DNA of 64,000 bases. Origin: Candidatus Aldehydirespiratoraceae bacterium (GTDB lineage Bacteria; Actinomycetota; Acidimicrobiia; Acidimicrobiales; Aldehydirespiratoraceae). The position numbers and the translations under genes were made by a program. The stretch is taken from contig OZ242337.1 of NCBI GenBank assembly GCA_965208435.1, positions 64,998 to 128,997 on the forward strand, in the 5' to 3' direction. Below, in pieces: positions 8,880 to 17,081 of this stretch; the first letter of the stretch is position 1, and every line of letters starts with the position of its first letter. Below the pieces are notes generated by a model. It was not told the DNA's origin and made no database searches. It was given only the letters and a program-made list of their open reading frames with translations.

Positions 8880-9194
8880 AAAAAAGGGGGCTCGCTGTAT
8901 GGGCCTTCGACGAGATCGACGCCCTCCGCGAACAAGCGGGCGTGACCGTAACCCGGTTCTGCGAGGTCGCTGGAATCCCTCGGGCGACGTGGTATCGGTG
9001 GCGGCGCGCGTCCAGCGCGGCCACCGGGCCGTGGCCGACCCCGGCCCAAGACCCGTCGAGGCCGACGCCAAGACACTCGCCGGCGACTGGAGGGCTGGGG
9101 GCACCGCAAACTGGCGGCCCTCAAACGTGTCGGCATCGACAACGTAGAGCCGGGTCCGGTGTCGGACTCTACGATGCACCGTGTGCTGGCCCGC
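8876..9194 (+). pseudogene. IS-B orfB, 5' part (frameshifted, cut by IS-A)
   Basis: Reads ...VTRFCEVAGIPRATWYRWRR..GPWPTPA | PVEADAKTLAGDWRA | WGHRKLAALKRVGIDNV..STMHRVLAR across three frames, so there are at least 2 frameshifts. Confidence 0.7.
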
Positions 9195-9285
9195 TGTTGT
9201 GCATCTGACTTCGCGCGACAGATCCTGAGTTTTTTCAAGTCGCATCGGGCAGGGTTGGCGGTCTTAGGACAGGAGGCTGCAGCCT

Positions 9286-9615
9286 ATGAGTTCCGAGCAG
9301 AGAAAACCGAAGAAGCTGCTCACAGCGGAGCAGAAGTACGACTTGTGGGTGCGGATGCTCACCGGTCAGATCACTCAGGCCCAGGCGGCCGCGGAGGCTG
9401 GTGTGGACCGGTCGGTGATCGCCCGGCTGCGAGCTGTCGCCCGCGACGGGGCGGTCGCGGCGTTGGGTTCGTCGAAGCCTGGCCGGCGGCGTCAGTCCCA
9501 AGCCGAGGCGTCCGAGGCCGCAGCGTTGCGTTCGGAGGTGGAGCGGCTGGGGCGTACTGTGGTCGAACAGGCCGTGGAGTTGGCGGTGCTGCGGGGAAAA
9601 ACGGGTTGGGGATGA
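9286..9615 (+). CDS. IS-A transposase OrfA
   Basis: 109 aa with an HTH (ITQAQAAAEAGVDRSVIARL) and a leucine-rich C-terminus. Ends at a TGA overlapping the orfB ATG. Confidence 0.8.
   Translation: MSSEQRKPKKLLTAEQKYDLWVRMLTGQITQAQAAAEAGVDRSVIARLRAVARDGAVAALGSSKPGRRRQSQAEASEAAALRSEVERLGRTVVEQAVELAVLRGKTGWG
9594..9600 (+). other. candidate -1 programmed frameshift heptamer G GGA AAA
   Basis: An X XXY YYZ heptamer in the correct phase of orfA, 13 nt before its stop. The -1 frame is the orfB frame (...GKNGLGMSGP...). Confidence 0.45.
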
Positions 9616-10670
9616 GCGGTCCTGTCCCCGCCCGCGTCGATGGGACCGCCAAGACAGTGCTGCTGGGGTTGATCGACGACGCCGTCGACGCTGGCTGGAC
9701 ACTGGACCGTGCGTGCATGGTGCTGGGTCTGGACCGCCGCCGGGCGTGGCGCTGGACCCAACGCCGAACTGCCGGCACTCTTGACGATGCCCGAGCGGGC
9801 GGGCGGGCGATCCACAGCCTGCTCGGTTCTGAACGCGACGAGATCGTGAAGTTGTTCGACGAGTGGGGCCACATCGACCGGTCGCACCGCAAACTCGCGC
9901 ACCGCGGCTCCTACCTGGGCCGTGTCTGGGTGTCGCCATCAACAGTGGACCGTGTTCTAGCAGGTCACGGCCTCGCACTGGCCCAAACGCCCCGCCCAGC
10001 CCGCACAGTCAAGACGCCGTGGCCGAACTGGTGTGAATGGCGACCCAACCAACTGTGGTGCTGGGACGGAACCCAGTTCCCGGCATGTAAACCCGCCAAA
10101 CACGTCTACGCGATCGTCGATGTCGTGTCCCGCAAATGGATCGCCACCCATCTCACACCGGCACCGGACTCGGTCGCTGCCCGGGTCCTGTTCGCCAAAG
10201 CCTTGCAAAGCGAAGGGCTCCTCACCGACGAGGCCGCTACCCGCCTCGACGACCCCCACGCCGAGTTGCCCCACAGCGATGACGTGCCGCTGCTGTTGGC
10301 AGTGTCAGACAACGGACCCGAGATGCGCTCAGGCGACACCGCCAAGTTCATGGCCATCTGCTCAATCGCCCAACACTTCGGGCGGCCATCCACCCCCACT
10401 GACCAGGCCTGGATCGAGTCTCTGTTCAGCCACATCAAAGGCGAACACCCCCACCTCGAAACGCTCGACGACCCCACAGACCTCACCCGAGAACTCGAAC
10501 GAGTCCGCGGCCGCTACAACACCGTACGGCTCCACGAAGGCATCGGCTACGTCACCCCCAACGACGAACACACCGGACAAGGCGACCAGATCCGCCAAGC
10601 ACGCCGCGACGGACTCCACCAAGCCGACCAACAACGACGCGCCCACCACCGAAACCAACCGCTAACATGA
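9612..10670 (+). CDS. IS-A transposase OrfB (DDE/rve integrase core)
   Basis: 352 aa. DDE candidates are in WCWDGTQF, AVSDNGPEM and QAWIESLFSHIK, with an IS3-type C-terminus YNTVRLHEGIGYVTP. The track ORF beginning at 9159 is a read-in from IS-B. Confidence 0.85.
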   Translation: MSGPVPARVDGTAKTVLLGLIDDAVDAGWTLDRACMVLGLDRRRAWRWTQRRTAGTLDDARAGGRAIHSLLGSERDEIVKLFDEWGHIDRSHRKLAHRGSYLGRVWVSPSTVDRVLAGHGLALAQTPRPARTVKTPWPNWCEWRPNQLWCWDGTQFPACKPAKHVYAIVDVVSRKWIATHLTPAPDSVAARVLFAKALQSEGLLTDEAATRLDDPHAELPHSDDVPLLLAVSDNGPEMRSGDTAKFMAICSIAQHFGRPSTPTDQAWIESLFSHIKGEHPHLETLDDPTDLTRELERVRGRYNTVRLHEGIGYVTPNDEHTGQGDQIRQARRDGLHQADQQRRAHHRNQPLT

Positions 10671-10750
10671 CAAACCAACCACCACCGCACACCCACCAAT
10701 GCGACTTGAAAAAACCCGCAACTTGTCGCGAAGAGTCAGATACACCTCAC

Positions 10751-11419
10751 CGCAACGGGCTGGCGCTGCCAGCCAACCACACCGCCGAGGTCCGCCAGGC
10801 AGCCGGTGCCCGTAAACAGGCGTTCACCGACCCGCCGACGCGGCGCAACCGTCTGTGGCAGGCCGACTTCTCCGAGTTCGAGACCAGCGGCGCGGGGACC
10901 TGGAACCTCGGCGGTGTCGTGGACTACTGGGCCAAGGTGAACCTCGCCTGCGCCGTCACCGTCACCAAGACCACCGCGGATGCCGTCGGGTTCCTCGAGA
11001 CCGCCCTGGCCGAGGTCGACAACCTCCTCGGCGTCGGCTGGACCGAAGACCTCGCCGACCCCGACACCGGCGAGATCGCCAAGCTCCGGATCGTCACCGA
11101 CAACGGACCCTGCTTCAAATCCGCCCGGTTCGCCGCCTGGGTCGCCTCCAAACACCACATCGAACACGTCCGCACCCGACATCGGGCGCCGTGGACCAAC
11201 GGAGTGATCGAACGGTTCTTCGAAGCCATCAAATACGAGCACCTATACCGCCGAGACATCAACGACGGCATCCAGCTCGCAGCCGAAGCCGACTCCTACC
11301 GCACGATCTACAACCAGGTCCGACCCCACCAGGCCATCGCCATGAACCGACCCCTCGACCGCTACCAACAAACCCCCACCACCCAACCAAAACATGAAGA
11401 AACCGTCTCAAATCCTTGA
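10751..11419 (+). pseudogene. IS-B orfB, 3' part (DDE catalytic core)
   Basis: Contains LWQADFSEF, IVTDNGPCF, NGVIERFFEAIKYEH and YNQVRPHQAI. The stop lies inside the right IR. Confidence 0.75.
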
Positions 11420-11428
11420 CACGGGACA

Positions 11429-11719
11429 CGACGACCCCACAGACCTCACCCGAGAACTCGAACGCGTCCGCGGCCACCACAACTGTGTGCGGCTCCACGA
11501 ACCCGTCGGCTATGTCACCCCCCACGACGAACACACCGGACAGGCGATCAGATCCGCCAAGCACGCCAACACGGACTCCACCAAGCCGAGCAACAACGAC
11601 GCTCCCAGCACCGAAACCAAACGCTAACATGACAAACCAACCACCACCCACCCACCCACCCACCCACCAATGCGACTTGAAAAACCGGCAATCTGTCGCG
11701 AAGAGTCAGATACACCTCA
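11429..11719 (+). mobile_element. fragment 2 of IS-A' (3' end with right IR)
   Basis: Colinear with 10466-10749 of IS-A: DPTDLTRELERVRG..N.VRLHE.(V/I)GYVTP.DEH and the same terminal ...TTGAAAAA.C.GCAA..TGTCGCGAAGAGTCAGATACACCTCA. Diverged, and carries an expanded CACC/CCCA tract. Confidence 0.8.
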
Positions 11720-11845
11720 CCAAACTCGACGGGCATCCAGCAGCGCCACCGAGCAACGAGGTACGAGATCGACTGGCCGAGACCGTCGCCTACTACTACG
11801 TGATGTTTCGTGACGCAGCCGCGTCCGCGGTGTGACACCGCATGT

Positions 11846-11936
11846 CGTTGAGCGGACATGGCGAGCGGAGATCATGCCCGCCGGGAGAGCGAAGGCCGCG
11901 GGCATGATCTACGCGGTGCTAAATGTCCGCTCGACG
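11846..11936. repeat. ~90-nt compound inverted repeat (long hairpin)
   Basis: The inner arms AGATCATGCCCGC (11869-11881) and GCGGGCATGATCT (11898-11910) are perfect complements. The outer arms GAGCGGACAT (11850-11859) and ATGTCCGCTC (11923-11932) extend to about 15 bp with one G-T pair. Confidence 0.7.
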
Positions 11937-12123
11937 CTCGATCTCGTCGCCGATCCAGCGGGCCGTGACGCCATCCGCCGCCTAGCGCTACGCAGAGCCG
12001 CCTAACTGCGCTCAGAGCGCCCCAGACGCCACACAGCGCCACGCCGGTCAGAATCGTCGCACACAGATGCCACCAGCGCTCACGAATCGTCGCGGTGTGG
12101 GGTCATAGTCCACACAGATGCAA

Positions 12124-12719
12124 CTACTGGCGCACGCCATCGCGCCAGTATTCCTCGATTGGGCCATCCTCGAAGTAGCGGGTGACGGCGGGGCCGTCCT
12201 CGCGGTGCCGCTCGCCGTCACGGAAGTAGGTCTCGGCGCAGATTGTGCCGTTCTCGTTGTAGAGGATGTAGGCGGGGCCGTCCTCGCGGTGCCGCTCGCC
12301 GTCACGCCGCCAGTCCTCGAAGCGGATCGAGCCGTCCTCGTTGTAGAGGATGTAGGCAGGGCCGTCCTCGCGGTGCCGCACCCCGTCGCCGCGCCCCCAT
12401 TCCTCGGCGCAGATTGTGCCGTCCTCGTAGTATTCGATGCATGCGGGGCCGTCCTCGCAATGAACTCGCCGTCACGGAAGTATTGCGCGTAGCCGATTGT
12501 GCCGTCCTCGTTGTATTCGATGGAGGCGGGTCCGTCGTCGCGGTGCAGCACACCGTCGCGGAAGTAGACCTCGATGCGGATCGAGCCATCCTCGCGGTAG
12601 CCGATCAGCGCGGGGCCGTCGTCGCGGTGCAGCACACCGCCACGCAAGTAGTCCTCGAAGCGGATCGAGCCGTCCTTGTCGTCTTCGCTCAGGTAGTCCT
12701 CGTAGCGGGGTGTGTTCAT
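12124..12719 (-). pseudogene. HRxDGPA (MORN-variant-like) repeat protein with a 1-nt frameshift
   Basis: About 6.5 tandem 28-aa units (DGSIRFEDY.RDG..HR[D/E]DGPA.I.Y.E). The frame switches at 12456-12466, where the unit is 1 nt shorter than its sibling at 12201-12231. The two halves appear in the track as 12048..12719 and 12124..12381. Confidence 0.65.
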
Positions 12720-13020
12720 GCCACGACACTAGCCACCAAGACGCTACTGGCCACGCCGTCGCGGTCAGTCCACCGCGGCCAGAGGCCACCCCGGCGACCG
12801 ATCACCGATACGCCGACGCATCTCAGCCACATCACCCGGCCCCACACAAGCACACAACGGCGTACCCTCGTGCTCTCATCGACGCGGGCACCAGTAGCGA
12901 GGATCCACGGGCCGCGTGCCCGGACGACGCTCGACCGGTGTGACCAGCCCGACACGCTGCTCGCCCTAAACCTGATCCTCCATCCAACAATACTGAACAA
13001 CAGACTCAGAGGGCGGAGTT

Positions 13021-14514
13021 TCAGACCCAGGGGCAGTTGGAGTTGCGGTCTCCGTAGGCGTTGCCGGTGCGATAGCGCTCGAGGGTGAACGGCTTCAACT
13101 CGTCTGGTTTCTGGCCGTAGACGAGCATCTGGGCAGTGAGCTTGCCCACACCGATCATCTTGAACCCGTGGTTGGAATCGGCGATGACCCAGGCGTTGTC
13201 GGCCACGTGGTCGAACACCGGCACGTTGTCGGGTGTGAATGCACCGATTCCGCCGTTGCGACGCTCCTTGAAGTAGGGCCGCAGGTTCTCGAGGCGCTTG
13301 AAGAGCATCCCGAGTGTGGCGCAGTAGTAGTCGGCGAACCACTGCTCGGCCTGGTACACGTCGTTGAGATGGCCGTAGGGTTCGACGGCCGCTTCGGGGC
13401 CGATCTTCACCGGGATGGTCCCTCCCTGGAGGCCCGGCGCGCCCACCCGTTCGGCTGCGTAGCGCACGTACGAGTAGAAGTTGTCCTTGAGCAGTTGGTT
13501 GTCGTCGCCGTACACCGGCGTGTTCATCAGTTCCACGTGCAGAACGGGCGAGTCCCGGTAACCGGCGGTCCGGAAGTCCACACCCTCGGGCAGCAGGACC
13601 TCGCCTTCGAGAAGTCGCCAGTAGGTCCACATGTCCATCTGCGGCTCGACGTGGCCGTCGGGGTATGCGACGTCAATCTGGGAGGGTCCACCGAGCCACT
13701 CCCAGTGTTGGGGGGTCCAGGCTCCGGCGCCGACGACGACCTGTTCACAGGAGACGGAGCCCTGATCGGTCTCCACCGCGGTGACCGAACCGGAGGCGTC
13801 GAATGTGTAGCCGGTGACGCCGGCGCCGTAGACGCGTTGCACTCCCCACTGGTGGCACTTCTGGTCGAGTCCCCACACCGCCATGTGGGTGCCTGCATAG
13901 CCGGATCGGATCTCGTGGAGCACGACGTCGCAGTTCTCGGTCTTGAAATCGGGCCAGAGCCCGGTCAGGAAGGCGTGGGCCTCTGAACCGACGTACAGGT
14001 CCGACGGGTAGCCGCTGGCGGCCTGCGACGCCTGCAGTTTGACGTAGTCGGCCTCCTGGTTGGCCTCCCCCACAGACACGTAGCCGACCTGTTGGAAACC
14101 GAAGTTCACAGGGTCGGACTCCCAGACTTCCACGCTGGCGCGCAGGATGGCATGCAACGGTTCGGTCATGTAGAGGTTCCGGATGCAGCCGCAGGCCAGG
14201 CCGGTGGCGCCCGCGCCGGGGCCCTGCTTGTCGATCAGCACCACATCGCTGCCCTTGCCCTTGCCGGAGCGTTCAAGGTACATGGCGAGGTGGTAGGCGC
14301 TCGACAGTCCGTGGACACCGGCGCCCACCACCACGAACCGTGCGCTCTTGGGCAGTCCAACAGTGTCGAACACCGGAATCACCGCAGGGTTCGCGGCGTG
14401 TCCCTCCACCTCGGGAGGCAGAGGGCGGTTGGCGAAGGGATACCACTGGTTGTGCTCAGTCGGATTGGGGACTGGCGGATTTGGGACTGGCGGGTTGGGG
14501 ACATTGATAGTCAT
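13021..14514 (-). CDS. FAD-dependent oxidoreductase (DAO / sarcosine-oxidase-beta-like)
   Basis: 497 aa with dinucleotide fold VVVGAGVHGLSSAYHLA. AGGAGA RBS before the ATG. N-terminal PNPPVPNPPVPNP repeat. Starts 18 nt after the hutI stop. Confidence 0.75.
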   Translation of the reverse strand: MTINVPNPPVPNPPVPNPTEHNQWYPFANRPLPPEVEGHAANPAVIPVFDTVGLPKSARFVVVGAGVHGLSSAYHLAMYLERSGKGKGSDVVLIDKQGPGAGATGLACGCIRNLYMTEPLHAILRASVEVWESDPVNFGFQQVGYVSVGEANQEADYVKLQASQAASGYPSDLYVGSEAHAFLTGLWPDFKTENCDVVLHEIRSGYAGTHMAVWGLDQKCHQWGVQRVYGAGVTGYTFDASGSVTAVETDQGSVSCEQVVVGAGAWTPQHWEWLGGPSQIDVAYPDGHVEPQMDMWTYWRLLEGEVLLPEGVDFRTAGYRDSPVLHVELMNTPVYGDDNQLLKDNFYSYVRYAAERVGAPGLQGGTIPVKIGPEAAVEPYGHLNDVYQAEQWFADYYCATLGMLFKRLENLRPYFKERRNGGIGAFTPDNVPVFDHVADNAWVIADSNHGFKMIGVGKLTAQMLVYGQKPDELKPFTLERYRTGNAYGDRNSNCPWV

Positions 14515-14532
14515 TTTTTCTCCTGTTCTGGT

Positions 14533-15717
14533 TCAATCGTTGGGTTGTTCGTAAGGGTTCGGAAGTAGGTAGTCGGCGCCGAGTGTTCGCCATATCAGCG
14601 GGACGCCCGGTCGGTATGCGAGGTGGTGGCGCGTTGGAGCGTCGAGGATCGTCAGGTGTGCCGGTCCGCCGGCAGAGATTCTGCCGACGTCGTTGCGTCG
14701 CAGGGCTGCTGCTCCGCCGGTGGTGACCGCGGCCAACGCCTCGTCGATGGTCATGTGCATGTCACGTACCGCCAGGGCGATGCAGAACGACAACGAAGTC
14801 GTGTAGCTCGACCCGGGATTGCAGTTCGAGGCGATGGCGACCTTCACGCCTGCGTCGATGGCGCGCCGGGCGTTCGGGTACGGCTGACGGGTCGAGAAGT
14901 CCGTCGCCGGCAGGAAGGTGGCGACCGTGTCGCTTGCGGCCAACGCCTCGATGTCGTCGTCGGACAGATAGGTGCAATGGTCTACCGAGGCGCAGCCCAT
15001 CTCCACACCGAGTTGCACCCCAGGCCCATGACCCAGTTGGTTGGCATGGAGACGCAGTCCCAACCCGGCTCTGCGACCGGCTTCCAACACGGTTCGGCTC
15101 TGGTCGGCGTCGAATGCCCCTGTCTCGCAGAACGCGTCGATCCAGCGGACATGGCCGCGCACCGCCTCCAGCATCGGTCCGCACACCAGATCGACGTACT
15201 CATCGGCTCGACCCTGATACTCCCCGGGTGTCAGATGGGCCCCGAGGAACGTGCTCTCGCTGCTCACTTCGGCGGCCAGGGAGGTCAATTCGGCCTCGGA
15301 GTCGACCGACAGGCCGTAACCCGACTTGATCTCCACCGTGGTGGTCCCGGCCCGGTGGACTTCGACGAGGCGACGCGCCAGCGCTGACCGAAGAGCCTCG
15401 CGCCCGGCTCCGCGGCTTGCGTTCGTCGTGACTTGAATGCCTCCGCCGTCGTAGGGTTCCCCGGCCATGCGTCGGGTGAACTCCTCGGACCGGTCGCCTG
15501 CGAACACAAGATGCGTGTGAGAATCCACGAAACCCGGCAGCACGCAGCGACCCCCGGCGTCTATCCGCCGTTCGGCCCGAGCCCCTGCGGGACCCACGCG
15601 GAGCACGGTGCCGCCGTCCACCACAACTGAGGCGTCGGTGACGATACCGAGCGGTCCGGCACCCAGTTCCGGGTCGTTGGTGATCAACTCCGCGATGTTG
15701 TCGACAACGAGGGTCAT
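14533..15717 (-). CDS. hutI: imidazolonepropionase
   Basis: 394 aa. PGFVDSHTHLVFAGDRSEEF and the overall amidohydrolase pattern fit HutI. The start overlaps the hutF stop by 4 nt. Confidence 0.9.
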   Translation of the reverse strand: MTLVVDNIAELITNDPELGAGPLGIVTDASVVVDGGTVLRVGPAGARAERRIDAGGRCVLPGFVDSHTHLVFAGDRSEEFTRRMAGEPYDGGGIQVTTNASRGAGREALRSALARRLVEVHRAGTTTVEIKSGYGLSVDSEAELTSLAAEVSSESTFLGAHLTPGEYQGRADEYVDLVCGPMLEAVRGHVRWIDAFCETGAFDADQSRTVLEAGRRAGLGLRLHANQLGHGPGVQLGVEMGCASVDHCTYLSDDDIEALAASDTVATFLPATDFSTRQPYPNARRAIDAGVKVAIASNCNPGSSYTTSLSFCIALAVRDMHMTIDEALAAVTTGGAAALRRNDVGRISAGGPAHLTILDAPTRHHLAYRPGVPLIWRTLGADYLLPNPYEQPND

Positions 15718-17081
15718 GACGCGGTCACCTCCGAGACGGCTGCGCTGAGTTCAGCTTCCACATCAACCGAAGTGTGGCTGCGGTCAACGACCACGTCCCG
15801 GCCCGCGATCACCAGATGGGTCACATCGGCGCTGGTGGCGGTATAGATCACCGATGCCAGCGTGTGGTCGACAGCAGTGCCCGCGAGACGCACCGAGTCA
15901 AGGCTCACGGTGGCGAAGTCAGCAAGTGACCCTGGCGCCAGCGTGCCTCCGTCCTCCCAACCGAGTGCCCGGTATCCGGCGGATGTGGCCATCGTTGCCA
16001 AAGCGTCGACATCGAAGACGCCCCGCTTGAGCGTTGACGTGCGCTGATCGAGTTCAACGGCCCGTGTCTCTTCGAGAATGTCTACGACGGCATGGGAGTC
16101 CGACCCCACACACAAGCCGACACCGGCACCCGCCAGGGTCTCTGCAGGACCCACGCCGTCGGCCAGGTCGCGTTCGGTGGTCGGGCACAGACAGCAGCCG
16201 GCACCCGCTGATGCCAGCAGTGCCACATCATGATCGCTTGCGTGGGTGGCGTGAACCAGCGTGACATTCTCGTTCGCTGCAGCCGCTTCGAGTATCACTT
16301 CGACGGGGCTGGCGCCGTGCAGTGCGTTGCACTGTCGGTTCTCTGCGGGCTGTTCGGAGGCATGGACGTGGAGCGGAGCATCATGGTGCCGAGTCCAAGC
16401 TGCAGCAGCTTCGATGGAAGTCGGGTCTACTGCGCGTACTGAATGCACAGCCGCCCCCACTCTCACGGTCGGGCTCGACACCGCCGACACCAACTCCTCC
16501 ACCCGGCCGGCCCAGCATCCGACGTCTCCGTCGCTGAATCGAGCCTGTTCGGGGCCCAGCGGCAGGTATCCGTCGGTCGTCTGGGGGTCGATGCCACCGT
16601 GCAGATAGACCGTGTCCAGCAGTGTCAGTCTGATGCCGGCGTCCTGTGCCGCTGCCATCACCGCGCTACCCATCGCGTTGGCGTTCGCGTAGGGGCGTCC
16701 GCAGGGTTGGTGGTGCAGGTAGTGGAACTCTCCCACCACGCCGATTCCCGCCAGAGCCATCTCTGCGAATGTTGCTCTGGCCAGTCGGTAGTAGTTGTCA
16801 GGATCAAGGCTTGTGGCGGTCCGGTACATGAGGTCGCGCCATGTCCAGAAAGTGCCCGTGGCGTTGTGTGTACGGCCGCGCAGTGCCCTGTGGAAAGCAT
16901 GGCTGTGAGCGTTTGCGAGCGCTGGAATGGTCAGGCCACTGAGACGCAGCGAACCTGCGGGGGGCGACGACACCCCAGATGTCAGCGTGCTGATCCGGTC
17001 GCCGTCGACCTCGAGCACGACACCGGAGTTGACCGTTGCCCCGCCCAACCAGGCCTGTTCGCACCAGTAGAGCCTGCTCAT
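15714..17081 (-). CDS. hutF: formimidoylglutamate deiminase
   Basis: 455 aa. The N-terminus YWCEQAWL and the block NAHSHAFHRALRG....FWTWRDLMY....GEFHYLHH match my memory of Pseudomonas HutF. Confidence 0.85.
   Translation of the reverse strand: MSRLYWCEQAWLGGATVNSGVVLEVDGDRISTLTSGVSSPPAGSLRLSGLTIPALANAHSHAFHRALRGRTHNATGTFWTWRDLMYRTATSLDPDNYYRLARATFAEMALAGIGVVGEFHYLHHQPCGRPYANANAMGSAVMAAAQDAGIRLTLLDTVYLHGGIDPQTTDGYLPLGPEQARFSDGDVGCWAGRVEELVSAVSSPTVRVGAAVHSVRAVDPTSIEAAAAWTRHHDAPLHVHASEQPAENRQCNALHGASPVEVILEAAAANENVTLVHATHASDHDVALLASAGAGCCLCPTTERDLADGVGPAETLAGAGVGLCVGSDSHAVVDILEETRAVELDQRTSTLKRGVFDVDALATMATSAGYRALGWEDGGTLAPGSLADFATVSLDSVRLAGTAVDHTLASVIYTATSADVTHLVIAGRDVVVDRSHTSVDVEAELSAAVSEVTAS

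Larger units (their letters stand above)
9195..10749 (+). mobile_element. intact-looking IS3-family element IS-A (1555 bp)
   Basis: Starts TG and ends CA. Has imperfect terminal IRs of about 50 bp (TGTTGTGCATCTGACTTCGCGCGACAG...TTTTTTCAAGTCGCAT versus the reverse complement of 10697-10749). CCGC is duplicated at 9191-9194 and 10750-10753. Removing it restores the in-frame IS-B sequence VLAR-NGLALPANH. Confidence 0.85.
8545..11428 (+). mobile_element. IS3-family element IS-B, itself interrupted by IS-A
   Basis: Ends are TGTCGCGGGTCAAGG...CCTTGACACGGGACA (TG...CA, about 25-bp imperfect IRs). Flanked by CGAC at 8541-8544 and 11429-11432. Native length after removing the insert is about 1.3 kb. 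Carries orfA plus a decayed orfB. Confidence 0.8.

Noticed and set aside
8879-8890. A7G5 run right after the IS-B orfA stop, resembling the IS3 A-AAA-AAG slippery motif
   Set aside because: By my phasing the orfA stop (8877-8879) precedes the run, so a ribosome in the orfA frame would not reach it. IS-B is decayed, with several frameshifts in orfB, so the motif is probably a displaced relic. I do not call it functional.
9159-9611. N-terminal 150 aa of the 503-aa track ORF 9159..10670
   Set aside because: This part is read-through from the interrupted IS-B orfB, across the IS-A left inverted repeat and the -1 frame of IS-A orfA. The real OrfB starts at 9612, or is made as an OrfAB fusion.
11641-11670. 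CACC/CCCA tetranucleotide tract that looks like a microsatellite
   Set aside because: It is an expansion of the ACCACCACC...CCCACC segment already present near the right end of the intact IS copy (10676-10697). It is part of the IS fragment, not an independent element.
12120-12720. Strong ~84-bp DNA periodicity that could be mistaken for a CRISPR array or satellite
   Set aside because: The units abut without unique spacers, and the period is a multiple of 3. They translate into a continuous 28-aa protein repeat on the minus strand. The plus-strand ORFs 12118..12492 and 12243..13088 are antisense shadows.
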